Assembly (NCBI GenBank): GCA_964582235.1
Contig: CAZOQW010000001.1
Span: forward strand, 76,835-140,834
Length of the DNA: 64,000 nt
From: an uncultured Muribaculaceae bacterium
GTDB lineage: Bacteria > Bacteroidota > Bacteroidia > Bacteroidales > UBA932
Reading direction: 5' to 3'
The notes beneath the pieces are model-generated. The model ran no database searches. It was not told where the DNA came from and saw only the letters and a program-made list of their open reading frames with translations. A program made the position numbers and the translations under genes. The first letter of the stretch is position 1; each line of letters opens with the position of its first letter. Positions 45,702-55,142 of the stretch are shown here, in pieces.

Positions 45702-46790
45702 ATGAAAACAGCATTAATCACCGGCATCACCGGCCAGGACGGCTCCTATTTGGCCGAATTCCTGTTGGAAAAGGGTTATGACGTACACGGCACCATACGC
45801 CGCTCGTCAGTCGATTACCGCGAACGCATAGCCCATATAGAGGGACACCCCAATTTTCATCTGCATTACGCTGATTTGGGTGACTCCATGAGTATTATCC
45901 AGGTAGTGAAGAAGGTCTGCCCCGATGAAATATACAACCTCGCAGCTCAGAGCCATGTCCAGGTTTCCTTCGACTCTCCGGAGTTTACTGCCGATGTGGA
46001 CGCTACAGGCGTGCTCCGCATCCTTGAGGCCGTGCGTCTGTGCGATCTGACCGGGACCTGCCGCATCTATCAGGCATCCACTTCCGAGCTTTACGGAAAG
46101 GTTGAGGAAGTGCCGCAAAGCGAAACCACTCCCTTCCATCCCTACAGCCCTTACGCCGTAGCCAAACTCTACGGCTACTGGATAGTGAAGGAATACCGCG
46201 AAGCCTACAATATGTTCTGCTGCTCGGGCATACTGTTCAACCACGAGAGCGAGCGCCGGGGAGAGACCTTCGTCACCCGGAAAATTACCTTGGCCGCCGC
46301 CCGAATAGCCCAGGGCAAGCAGGACAAGCTCCTCTTAGGCAACCTTTCTTCGCTACGTGACTGGGGTTATGCCAAAGACTACGTGGAATGTATGTGGCTC
46401 ATCCTGCAGAACGACAAGCCCGAAGATTACGTCATCGCCACAGGCGAACAGCATTCCGTGCGTGAGTTCTGCCAATTAGCCTTCCGCCACGTCGGCATCG
46501 AACTGCGCTTCGAAGGAGAGGGCGAAAACGAGAAGGGCATAGATGTGAAAACCGGCAGGGTACTCGTGGAGGTATCCCCCGATTTCTACCGTCCCACCGA
46601 CGTGGTCAATCTCCTGGGCAATCCCGAAAAGGCCAAGCGTGAACTCGGCTGGAATCCACAAAAGACGACCTTCGAACAGCTCGTGAAACTGATGGTAGAT
46701 GCAGATATGGAAAAGGTTGCAGTGGAGAGGGCCAGTGAGCGCGTGCGCACCAACTTAGCCGAGTATCTCGAAAAAGGTATCGTGAAATGA
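45702..46790 (+). CDS. gmd: GDP-mannose 4,6-dehydratase
   Basis: [63 protein letters not shown]. Confidence 0.97.
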   Translation: MKTALITGITGQDGSYLAEFLLEKGYDVHGTIRRSSVDYRERIAHIEGHPNFHLHYADLGDSMSIIQVVKKVCPDEIYNLAAQSHVQVSFDSPEFTADVDATGVLRILEAVRLCDLTGTCRIYQASTSELYGKVEEVPQSETTPFHPYSPYAVAKLYGYWIVKEYREAYNMFCCSGILFNHESERRGETFVTRKITLAAARIAQGKQDKLLLGNLSSLRDWGYAKDYVECMWLILQNDKPEDYVIATGEQHSVREFCQLAFRHVGIELRFEGEGENEKGIDVKTGRVLVEVSPDFYRPTDVVNLLGNPEKAKRELGWNPQKTTFEQLVKLMVDADMEKVAVERASERVRTNLAEYLEKGIVK

Positions 46791-46865
46791 CGGCGAAATT
46801 CTCTGGGACATCACCCGCCCCAACGGAACACCCCGCAAATTGCCCGATGTGTCCAAAGCCAAACC
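46787..46865 (+). pseudogene. GDP-L-fucose synthase (fcl) remnant
   Basis: Frame from 46789 reads [24 protein letters not shown], the Fcl C-terminal W..SKP.GTPRKL.DVSK motif, fused to the ATG overlapping the gmd stop. Confidence 0.75.
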
Positions 46866-46870
46866 CTTCT

Positions 46871-46898
46871 ATTCCCCTGCCCTCCGCAGGGGGATTTT
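46871..46898. terminator. Terminator hairpin ending the gmd transcript, convergent with LytTR
   Basis: attcccctgc-cctcc-gcagggggat stem, T-run. Confidence 0.6.
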
Positions 46899-46911
46899 GC
46901 TTTGTTTGTCC

Positions 46912-47712
46912 TCAGAGCATATCCGAAAGCTTCTCGAAATACTGCTTGCTTACGGGAATCTTTATCCTGCCGTCCTCTGATATTTCCGCCGTTATGATTC
47001 CGTCCGAGCCACGGCTCAATACGTTGATATGCCTTGGATTCACGAAATATGACCTGTGGCAACGGACGAGCGAATGCCTTTCGGCAACGCTTTCGAGACT
47101 TTTCATCGAGGCGCGCAGCAAATAGTCCTTGACCTTGTCGTTCTCTAAATAGTGTATCTTTACATAATTTGCCTCCGCGCTGATGTACAGGACTGCGGAG
47201 GGGGAAATGGTCAGTTTAAGGCGCTTGTGCTCGTCATAGAACTTTATAAGCGAGTTGTCCCAGGACTCACGCTGGTTTTTCAGTTCCTCCTGCGTCTCGT
47301 TCAAGTGCTTGAAAAGTATCAGAATGAAGTACGGATACACGAGTATCGTACCTATCGAGCGGAAGGCCTGGTGAAGTGCCGTGAAATACTGTATCTCTCC
47401 CCTGTAGAAAAGATTGGTGTACAAGGCAACGAAAAACGACATGAACACTATCTCGAAAAAGCACCACAGATAATAGTAAACCGGCAGAAATTTATAGGTT
47501 TTGGCCGTGAAATACAGTATAACCCTCGTAATCAGCAGGCAAACAAGCATGATACAGAAGATCATGACGAAATGGAAGGGAAAATTCTTGCCGCCCACCT
47601 GGTAGTAATCCTGTATGTCGAAGGGATTGTACAGGAAGCAGAACAACATGAAGAATGCCGGCAAAAGCAGGATATAAATGACGTGATACGCAAAATTGTT
47701 TGACAGTTTCAT
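46912..47712 (-). CDS. Membrane-anchored LytTR-domain regulator
   Basis: Four N-terminal TM segments; YISAEANYV.I, LR.SMKSLE, RCHRSYFVN, IPVSK.Y; no receiver domain. Confidence 0.85.
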   Translation of the reverse strand: MKLSNNFAYHVIYILLLPAFFMLFCFLYNPFDIQDYYQVGGKNFPFHFVMIFCIMLVCLLITRVILYFTAKTYKFLPVYYYLWCFFEIVFMSFFVALYTNLFYRGEIQYFTALHQAFRSIGTILVYPYFILILFKHLNETQEELKNQRESWDNSLIKFYDEHKRLKLTISPSAVLYISAEANYVKIHYLENDKVKDYLLRASMKSLESVAERHSLVRCHRSYFVNPRHINVLSRGSDGIITAEISEDGRIKIPVSKQYFEKLSDML

Positions 47713-47719
47713 GGCAATT

Positions 47720-47869
47720 TTTGTCCCTAAAATATGTGGGACGAAATTAATTTCATCTAAAATTCGTCCCCAAAATACGCAATTCTTCCGGCAAAACAAG
47801 ATTTTTCATCCCTTTTTCAATGTTTTGGTAACAGTTTGTTCGTCCCACGGCAAAGGTGGGATAACTTTG
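47720..47869. promoter_or_regulatory. Array of TTCRTCCC-like boxes plus plus-strand -7 element TAACTTTG (47862-47869)
   Basis: Boxes at 47720, 47738 (inverted), 47763, 47783, 47805, 47839. Confidence 0.55.
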
Positions 47870-47924
47870 CATTACTATGTGCATTTCTTTATAACCTTTA
47901 CGACTGGAGAAAGACTTCTGACAG

Positions 47925-47954
47925 GCGGGCGGCCAGGTGGTTCGCCCGCGTTTT
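47925..47954 (+). terminator. Terminator-like hairpin
   Basis: gcgggcg-N11-cgcccgc followed by gtttt. Confidence 0.55.
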
Positions 47955-47990
47955 GCAGTGGAATGATGGGTGATATTTCATTCTTTATCG

Positions 47991-47998
47991 TATCTTTG
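47991..47998 (+). promoter_or_regulatory. -7 promoter element (TATCTTTG) for the Stealth cluster
   Basis: Consensus match 35 nt upstream of ATG 48034. Confidence 0.65.
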
Positions 47999-48033
47999 TC
48001 GGGCATGGTTGTGGAAAAATACAGCACTCAATT

Positions 48034-49026
48034 ATGGATATTGATTTTGTAATCACTTGGGTTGACATGAACGACCCGAAGTGGCAGGCGGAGTTCTCAA
48101 AACATTCCGGAAGTAATAATACCACAAAAAACGGAGTGTCAGAAGCCCGTTTCCGCGATTACGGTTTCTTGAAATACTGGTTTCGTGGTGTAGAGAAGTT
48201 CGCCCCATGGGTGCGTAAGATACATTTCGTCACCTCCGGACAAAAGCCCGAATGGCTTGATACAAGCAACAAGAAAATCAACTTGGTCAACCATAAGGAT
48301 TACATCCCCGGGCAGTTCCTGCCCACATATAATTCTGTGGTGATAGAACGTTACATCCATAAGATACCGGGATTGGCCGAACACTTTGTCTATTTCAATG
48401 ACGACTTCTATATCATAAGACCTGTCGGGACAGAACGGTTCTTCAAGAACGGACTGCCGTGCGACATAGCCACATTCCTGTACAATCCCTCCTGGTCGCA
48501 GTGGTACAGGAGAATAAAGAACAACCTCAATATAATCAACCGCCATTTCGACAAGAAAGAAGTGATGGCGCAATTCCACGACAAATGGTTTGACAAGAGC
48601 TACGGCTCCAAAGCGCGCTGGAACTACCTGCTGAAGCCTTACGGAAAATTCATCACCCTGCGCACGCCACACAACGCACAACCCTACCTTAAAACCACAT
48701 TTGAAGAGGTCTGGGCTGTAGCCGGAAAAGAACTGACCGAAACATCGGTCAACAAATTCCGCGCTTTAAACGATTACACGCCCGAACTTTTCCGCACATG
48801 GCAAATTTGCCGAGGCAACTTCGAGCCATACAACACATACCGGGACACAAAGATGTTTCCGCTGATGGTAAAGCCGAAACAGGCCTTCAATGCCATTTAC
48901 GAACAGTCGTATTCGCTTGTATGCCTCAACGACAACGTACATATACGCAATTACGATCAAGTGATGGAGAACATCAAAAACGCTTTCGAGCACATACTTC
49001 CTGAAAAATCGGGTTTTGAACTTTAA
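48034..49026 (+). CDS. Stealth-family hexose-1-phosphate transferase 1
   Basis: CR1 DIDFVITWVD.NDP.W, CR2 RFRD...LKY.FRG.EKFAPWVRKI, FNS-like YNS..IE, YFNDDF, CR4 CLND. Confidence 0.9.
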   Translation: MDIDFVITWVDMNDPKWQAEFSKHSGSNNTTKNGVSEARFRDYGFLKYWFRGVEKFAPWVRKIHFVTSGQKPEWLDTSNKKINLVNHKDYIPGQFLPTYNSVVIERYIHKIPGLAEHFVYFNDDFYIIRPVGTERFFKNGLPCDIATFLYNPSWSQWYRRIKNNLNIINRHFDKKEVMAQFHDKWFDKSYGSKARWNYLLKPYGKFITLRTPHNAQPYLKTTFEEVWAVAGKELTETSVNKFRALNDYTPELFRTWQICRGNFEPYNTYRDTKMFPLMVKPKQAFNAIYEQSYSLVCLNDNVHIRNYDQVMENIKNAFEHILPEKSGFEL

Positions 49027-49048
49027 CTCTGAATCATTGTATACAAAA

Positions 49049-49828
49049 ATGCCTGGACAAAAGGTTATCGTATCGCTGACATCGTTCCCTGCGGCTATAC
49101 ATTATGCCGCCCGGGCCATTCAGTCTGTGTTGGACGGCTCTGTGCTTCCTGATAAGGTTGTGCTTTACCTTACATTCTCGCAATTCGGAGAAAGCGGCAT
49201 TCCGCAAGACATACTGAAATTGACAGAGAATCCTGTATTCGAGGTACGCGACTACGACAGGGACATCCGCTCGTACAGAAAGCTCATACCGGCTTTGTCC
49301 GACTTTCCGGACGCTGTAATCGTGACGGTAGACGATGATGTACATTACCATAAACACATGCTGCGTGATTTATTGCGTTTGCATGAACAAATGCCCGGCG
49401 TGGTTTTGGCGCATCGGGCCAAACTGATGAAACCCGGCAAACCATATAGAGAATGGAGCAAGTACAGGTGGTATCACTTCTTGCTGAAAAGAATACATGC
49501 CGGCTACCTGAACATACAAACCGGTGTCGGCGGCGTGTTGTACCCTCCGCATTCGCTCAAAACCGAAATGCTCGACGTTGAACTGTTCACAAAGATAGCC
49601 CCTACAACTGACGATATATGGTTCTGGGCGGCGGCTGTAGCAAACGGGACTCAGATTGTGCCTGTTCCGTTTGGCCATAACAAGCCTCGCGAATTGGGGA
49701 AACCGCGCGATTTGTCGCTGAAAACGGTAAACTTCAAGACAGGCAAGGATCAGAATGCGGCCGCGCTGAAAGCCATTATCGAGAGATTCCCCGAAATCGG
49801 CGAACGTATTGGTTATGAAGTAAAATAA
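49049..49828 (+). CDS. GT-A fold glycosyltransferase (GT2-like)
   Basis: VIVSLTSFP, SYRKLIP, IVTVDDD, TGVGGVLYPP, TDDIWF; alternative TTG start at 49016. Confidence 0.7.
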   Translation: MPGQKVIVSLTSFPAAIHYAARAIQSVLDGSVLPDKVVLYLTFSQFGESGIPQDILKLTENPVFEVRDYDRDIRSYRKLIPALSDFPDAVIVTVDDDVHYHKHMLRDLLRLHEQMPGVVLAHRAKLMKPGKPYREWSKYRWYHFLLKRIHAGYLNIQTGVGGVLYPPHSLKTEMLDVELFTKIAPTTDDIWFWAAAVANGTQIVPVPFGHNKPRELGKPRDLSLKTVNFKTGKDQNAAALKAIIERFPEIGERIGYEVK

Positions 49829-49843
49829 AACAACGCATTAAAA

Positions 49844-50794
49844 ATGAGGAATGACGCCAATCATATAGACCTTGTCTATCTTTGGGTGGATGGAAGCGAC
49901 CCCGTATGGCGGGCCAAGCACGACGCTTTCATAGGAAAGGCCGAGGGAAGTTCACCTGCAAACTGCAAGGGCAGGTATGCCGATAACGACGAGCTGAAAT
50001 TCAGTTTGCGGTCTGTAGAGAAGTATGCCCCGTGGGTGCGTAAGGTCTTTATTGTTACAGATAACCAGACTCCGGACTGGCTGGACACGGGCAACCCCAG
50101 AGTCAGGATAGTCGACCTTACAGAGATACTGCCGGAGGAAAGTTTGCCGTGTTTCAATTCTGCCCTGATAGAACATTATCTGTATCGGATACCCGGACTT
50201 GCCGAACGTTTCTTATACGCATGTGATGACATGTTTATCAATAAAGAGGTTACAGCCGGGGATTTCTTTACGGCAGACGGTTATCCCATCGTGCGGCTTA
50301 CTCGTAAGCCTTTCAGGAAATTGCGTTGGTTTTGGCGTGAGCGTGTACGCAGGAAGCCTTTGAAGAATTACAGTAAACAAATATCCCGTGCATCGCGGCT
50401 TGTAGAGAAAGTATATGGTACCTATTATACAGGCATGCCCCACCATAATATGGATGCTTACTTGAAAAGTGATTTGCAGCGGATAGCAGAAGTGGTGTTG
50501 CACGATGAATTTCTGGCTGACAACGAAAGCCACATGCGGAGCGATAATAATGTCCAAAGAGTGGCTTTCTCCTATATTTCACTTGCAGAACATCATGGAA
50601 AACTGCGATATGTCACTGAAAAAAGTTCCGCTTATATCAATATACACAAGAGAAGGCACTACGAAAAACTTGAGAAACACAGTCCCATGTTCTTCTGTCT
50701 GAACGACTCGGAGTATGTTAACGACAATGACAGGAAACTTGCCAGAGCTTATCTGGAAAAACGTTTCCCGGTGAAGTCGTCTTTTGAAAAGTGA
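49844..50794 (+). CDS. Stealth-family hexose-1-phosphate transferase 2
   Basis: IDLVYLWVDGSDP.W, RYADNDELKFSLRSVEKYAPWVRK, FNS..IE, YACDDMF, FCLND. Confidence 0.9.
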   Translation: MRNDANHIDLVYLWVDGSDPVWRAKHDAFIGKAEGSSPANCKGRYADNDELKFSLRSVEKYAPWVRKVFIVTDNQTPDWLDTGNPRVRIVDLTEILPEESLPCFNSALIEHYLYRIPGLAERFLYACDDMFINKEVTAGDFFTADGYPIVRLTRKPFRKLRWFWRERVRRKPLKNYSKQISRASRLVEKVYGTYYTGMPHHNMDAYLKSDLQRIAEVVLHDEFLADNESHMRSDNNVQRVAFSYISLAEHHGKLRYVTEKSSAYINIHKRRHYEKLEKHSPMFFCLNDSEYVNDNDRKLARAYLEKRFPVKSSFEK

Positions 50795-50797
50795 CAA

Positions 50798-51793
50798 TCA
50801 GATGGTGATGCTTTCAAACGGGATGTTGTGTACTTTGGCTGCATACACAGGAAATTGACTTGGGTACATATACGAAGTTCCTATCCGGTAAATCTTCTCG
50901 GCTTCACTAAGCACAAAGAAGTCAATAAACGATTTCAGGTAGGTTTCGTACATGTCTCCCCTTACTTTGTCTTTTACCCTGTCTATGTGCGTCAAAGTCC
51001 CCGGTATTATATGTACACCATCTATTTGTGACGCCCTTTGCAGGAATGTCACGCTGTCGGATGTCACCAATAACGGCTGGCCTGCGTGGACCGCTTGTAA
51101 GTCTCTTATCGCATCGAGACATTTTACTATTAATTTTTCCGCCTCGCTTTTGTCTTCGATGGGTTTAAAGCGGTACTCCTGAAAATCACCGAGCAAATTC
51201 TGGAATCTGAATACTGCTGCATAATACCTGCCTCCCAATTCTTTCTTCATTCCTTCAATGCGTTCCTGCAGGACAGGTCCGGGTTTGAACAATTCGCGAA
51301 ATAGCTCTCCCCATTCAAAAGGCCGTTGCCCTGTCGCATACGTTTCATTGATAATGTTCAGGCAGTCCCTGTTGCAGTAATAGTGGACTTGTCTTTTTGT
51401 CTTTACTCTCAGAAGTCTTGTTGCGAGATGTTCGCCTTTCATGTAAAGGACTTTGCAATATACCGGATTGTCCGTGTATTCGTGTTCTTTGAGTGTCCAG
51501 TCGTAATCGGCAGGCAAGAGGTAATCTTCCAGCCTGAACGGGTACGTATATCTGATTCTGAAAGGAAGTCTGCGGTATTTGCAGTATGCGTACAATGAAA
51601 CAATGCCTTTGAACCTGTCGCACAAGCCACCATGATACCCCTGGCCGTCAACCATGGCGACATAGACGGGTTCGTCGGTCTGTGGTTTGCCCAGTTCTTT
51701 TGATTTCAGCGCTATCCTTGCAACAAGAAAAAACTCTTTCAGCGTATGACGCAGTTCTAACAACTTATATTTCCATCCGTAATATGTTGCCAT
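50798..51793 (-). CDS. Putative fucosyltransferase-like GT-B protein
   Basis: HGGLCDRFKG, AVFRF, LVTSDS, IDFFVLSEA, SQF pattern as in GDP-fucose-using transferases. Confidence 0.5.
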   Translation of the reverse strand: MATYYGWKYKLLELRHTLKEFFLVARIALKSKELGKPQTDEPVYVAMVDGQGYHGGLCDRFKGIVSLYAYCKYRRLPFRIRYTYPFRLEDYLLPADYDWTLKEHEYTDNPVYCKVLYMKGEHLATRLLRVKTKRQVHYYCNRDCLNIINETYATGQRPFEWGELFRELFKPGPVLQERIEGMKKELGGRYYAAVFRFQNLLGDFQEYRFKPIEDKSEAEKLIVKCLDAIRDLQAVHAGQPLLVTSDSVTFLQRASQIDGVHIIPGTLTHIDRVKDKVRGDMYETYLKSFIDFFVLSEAEKIYRIGTSYMYPSQFPVYAAKVHNIPFESITI

Positions 51794-51985
51794 TTCTTGA
51801 TTTTAAGGTTTGAGGTCTTCTGATTCTGTACACTGTGTTCGATAAAGATACAATAAAGAATGCAATTTTGTCCCATCTTCGCACTGCAAAACGCCATTCT
51901 GTAGCTCAAGAAAGGTTGTCAAGTCGACAGGCTCGAATTTTTAAAATTTTTTGCCGGAAAATTTGGAGAATTCAGACTAATGGTT

Positions 51986-51993
51986 TACCTTTG
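51986..51993 (+). promoter_or_regulatory. -7 promoter element (TACCTTTG) for the tRNA-Lys pair
   Basis: Consensus match 16 nt upstream of the first tRNA. Confidence 0.7.
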
Positions 51994-52009
51994 CACTCCC
52001 AAAACGGAG

Positions 52010-52082
52010 GACTCGTTAGCTCAGTTGGTAGAGCATCACACTTTTAATGTGGGGGTCTCGGGTTCGAGCCCCGAACGAGTCA
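52010..52082 (+). tRNA. tRNA-Lys(TTT)
   Basis: Acceptor gactcgt/acgagtc, anticodon loop ctTTTaa, T arm tcggg-ttcgagc-cccga. Confidence 0.93.
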
Positions 52083-52095
52083 CGAGGACATATAC

Positions 52096-52168
52096 GCTTC
52101 CTTAGCTCAGTTGGTAGAGCACCTGACTCTTAATCAGGGTGTCCAGGGTTCGAGCCCCTGAGGGAGCA
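52096..52168 (+). tRNA. tRNA-Lys(CTT)
   Basis: Acceptor gcttcct/agggagc, anticodon arm cctga-ctCTTaa-tcagg, T arm caggg/ccctg. Confidence 0.95.
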
Positions 52169-52170
52169 CA

Positions 52171-52200
52171 GAAGGGTGACCCACACGGGTTGCCCTTTTT
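52171..52200 (+). terminator. Terminator after the tRNA-Lys pair
   Basis: aagggtgaccc-acac-gggttgccctt followed by a T-run. Confidence 0.75.
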
Positions 52201-52248
52201 CGTTGTATACCCTAGTGTTCGGGGTAGGGGTATAATGGTATAATTGAC

Positions 52249-52280
52249 AAAAAAGCCGACCTCGATGGGTCGGCTTTTTT
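52249..52280. terminator. Bidirectional terminator (end of lipoprotein gene)
   Basis: aaaaaagccgacc-N6-ggtcggctttttt perfect stem. Confidence 0.8.
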
Positions 52281-52300
52281 GCAATTAGCTGTGAAACAAA

Positions 52301-54888
52301 CTATTTCTTTGTTCCCTCAAGATATTTCTTAAAATTCTCTTTTGCCTGCTCCACACTTACAGGAGTATATTCTGCCTTCTGATAGTGTTTCATTCCATGG
52401 AACGAAGTCCTTGACTTGGGAACGACAGGAGTTTCAGAAGAAATGCTGAATACCGGGCTGTACTTGGGCTGCTCTCCTGTCTCCTGTGAAGTAGCGGCGG
52501 ATGTAACAGCGGCGGATGAACTTGAAGACCTGCTCATGCTGAGGGCAGTATCGATTCTGTATCCTGCAAGGTAGTAATAGGTGGAGTAATAGCTGTACAT
52601 GGCATTGGGATAATAGTCCTCGCCATCATACGTGAAAGGCTCCACACTGAAAGTATCGCTGTCAGTAAGGTCTACAGGGAAGTATATGGTCTCTCCGTCG
52701 GCACCATAGGGCATATAGTATGAGGAGCTGTTGAGTCCAACCAAATGGTAGGTGTAGCTCGTAGTCCAGCTTGAGAGAGGATAGAGACGGGAAGTGTTTA
52801 CAGGTACATTCACGACATCACCTTCCGAAATCTCGAGATACCACTTGGGACCGAAGTCATAGAAGAGGGCTGCCACGTTGTATGCACTGTAGGATGTACT
52901 GCAGAACAGTTCGTAAGGAGTGGCTGCGGTGAATGCAGGATAATAAGTGCTTGAGTCGAAACCGAAACCTACGCAGAGCAGCCTGTTCTGACCGCGAAGT
53001 CTGGCGTTGTAAGCCTCTGCTTCAGCCTTGAACTCTTCATAGAGCTTGTCGACCTCATCCGTGGTCATTCCGGTGTAATAGCCATAAACCGCATCAGGAA
53101 GGACATCGGGGTAGTCATTGAGAGCGCTGTATATGGTCACGCCGGTACTCATTTCACCAAGGGACTCATAGCCGCCGGCATAATACGAGTAGCTGGAAGC
53201 CTCAGCAGTCAAGGTCCAGGTTCCGGGAAGTTCGTCAAACAGTGTCGACTCAACCCTGTCAGCATCGGGGAGATAACCCGTAGTCGCATCGGCCACAGCA
53301 AGACTGTTCTCGTCTACGATTTCGTTGGGAGTATCCTCCTCGTTATAACCGAGTACCGCCAGTCTTGTGGTCATGCCCTCGAGGGAGCTGAAGCTGACAT
53401 TCAGACCGTCAGCACTGTTTATCTGCGCCACGTCAGAGGCATCGAATTCGTAACCGTAGTAGACAATATCGGCATAGGTAGAATACATCAGCTCGCTTGC
53501 CCAATCTCTGTCGTAGTTGCAGGCATACAATGCTGAAACAATCTCGACATTTCCTGTATTCTTGACATTGAACCATACCTCGAAAGGACTGTTGTCTCCG
53601 TAGGGATTGTCGATTGCGGTAACTGTAACCTCCGGAGCCTCAAGTGTCTTGGCGGTGGTATCGAATTCGATGTGCTGGAATGACTGGGTTGTTCCGGCCT
53701 CATCGCCCATGGCCGTCACGAGGACATGGTAATGCGTCTCGGATGTCACAGTCCAGAAGTAATCCTTGAGTGAAAGCTGATAATTTCCGGAGAAGGTCTC
53801 AGTACCGAACATAAGGTAAGCATAGTAGCTTGTTACGAACCACTGCAGGTAATCGGTATTGCCGTCAAGCAGTGACAGAACCGACTCGTAGCTTTCATCT
53901 TCCACGATGAGAACGGTGTATTGGGCTACGCCATCTTCAGGAGTGAAATAAATGGTCGCATCAGTGGCGGCTGTTTCCACGCTCACTTCCAACTCAGCTG
54001 AGAGCGGAAGGGGTTGGGAAATGGTGAACACCATCTGGTCATAATAGCCGGTCCAGTAACTTGCCTCATCCACGGCTGTATAATCCCATCCGGCATTCCA
54101 AACCGCATTCTCATAGCCATCATAGTCGAACAGAGCATCGATGTAGCCTGACCCGTACCAGGAATCATCCGTCCAGGCAAACTCGCCTATGGTAAAGACT
54201 ATGGGCTCACCGGGCACGTAGGGATAATGATATATGCCCCACCCCATTCATCATCGTAGTAATTGGTTTCATCGGTGGCGACAAGAGTGGTGTCTTTCAC
54301 CGTGTACATTCCGCTGTTGTAGATAAGCATATCAGCATCGGTCTGCCCCCACTGCTTGTTTGAGTTGTGCATGGGAAGACAAGCGTGGGTAAACCTCAGT
54401 GCGTTTCCTGCTGCCTCCACACTCTCAGGAACGCGGATGTGCATCCTGAAGCCGTCGTTATATGTCTCGAGAAGCGTGAGATAGTCGGTGTAGTCGCTGG
54501 TAGTGAAAGAAGTAGTAAGCACCTCTTCGTAGTACTCGTTGGAAGAAGTGATACCGGCGATGTAGATGGTGTAGTCGGTAAGGGCTTCAAGTCCTTTTAC
54601 CGTGAAAGTATTCTCGCCGTCAACGCAGCTTCCTACATTGTCCGAAGCGAAGAGAACATCCAATGCAGGCTCAACAGCCTCATCGGTAAGCTGAACGCTG
54701 TACGCATAGGTTGTAATGTTGGTCGTGACGAGAACAACGTCCACATAGGTAGAACCTGTCTCAACAATACTGAAATCCATGACCGGCTCAACCTCCGGTA
54801 CCAGGACATCTTCCTTACATCCTGCCAGTAGTCCCAGCACACAGATGGCGGCCAAAGCCACAATTTTGGAATAAGTTTTTTTGATCAT
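52301..54888 (-). pseudogene. Large acidic surface lipoprotein with FN3-like modules, split by one frameshift near 54237-54246
   Basis: ORF 54199-54888 (lipobox LLAGC then KED) and ORF 52301-54247 overlap in different frames across gaa-tgggg-tgggg-cat. Confidence 0.75.
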
Positions 54889-55142
54889 ACTGTTTAATAT
54901 TAATAAAGTAATATAATTATCGAGCCATTCCCGTTCTCTTGTGAGCCTGCGAATTTAAGTTATTTTAGTATCAAATGCAACAGTTCGGCGGCTTGTCTTC
55001 CAAGTAACTGTTTCGCGGACCCTCAGGCTTTCCTGATGAGTACAGCAACTTACGGAGGAATTGCGCAAGGTCGCGGAAAGCGTAACTGCACGATACTTAT
55101 AAACTTGAAATTTCCTAAATTTGCACCCCAATACATACGACT

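Noticed and set aside
51890-51935. tagctcaag tRNA-like word upstream of the tRNA-Lys pair
   Set aside because: No cloverleaf, T-loop or acceptor pairing.
21275-52168. Integrative element inserted at tRNA-Arg
   Set aside because: I found no duplicate of the tRNA-Arg 3' end (attR) and no excisionase, relaxase, conjugation or phage genes; the adjacent inverted repeats explain the recombinase better. An att site outside the window or missed by eye cannot be excluded.
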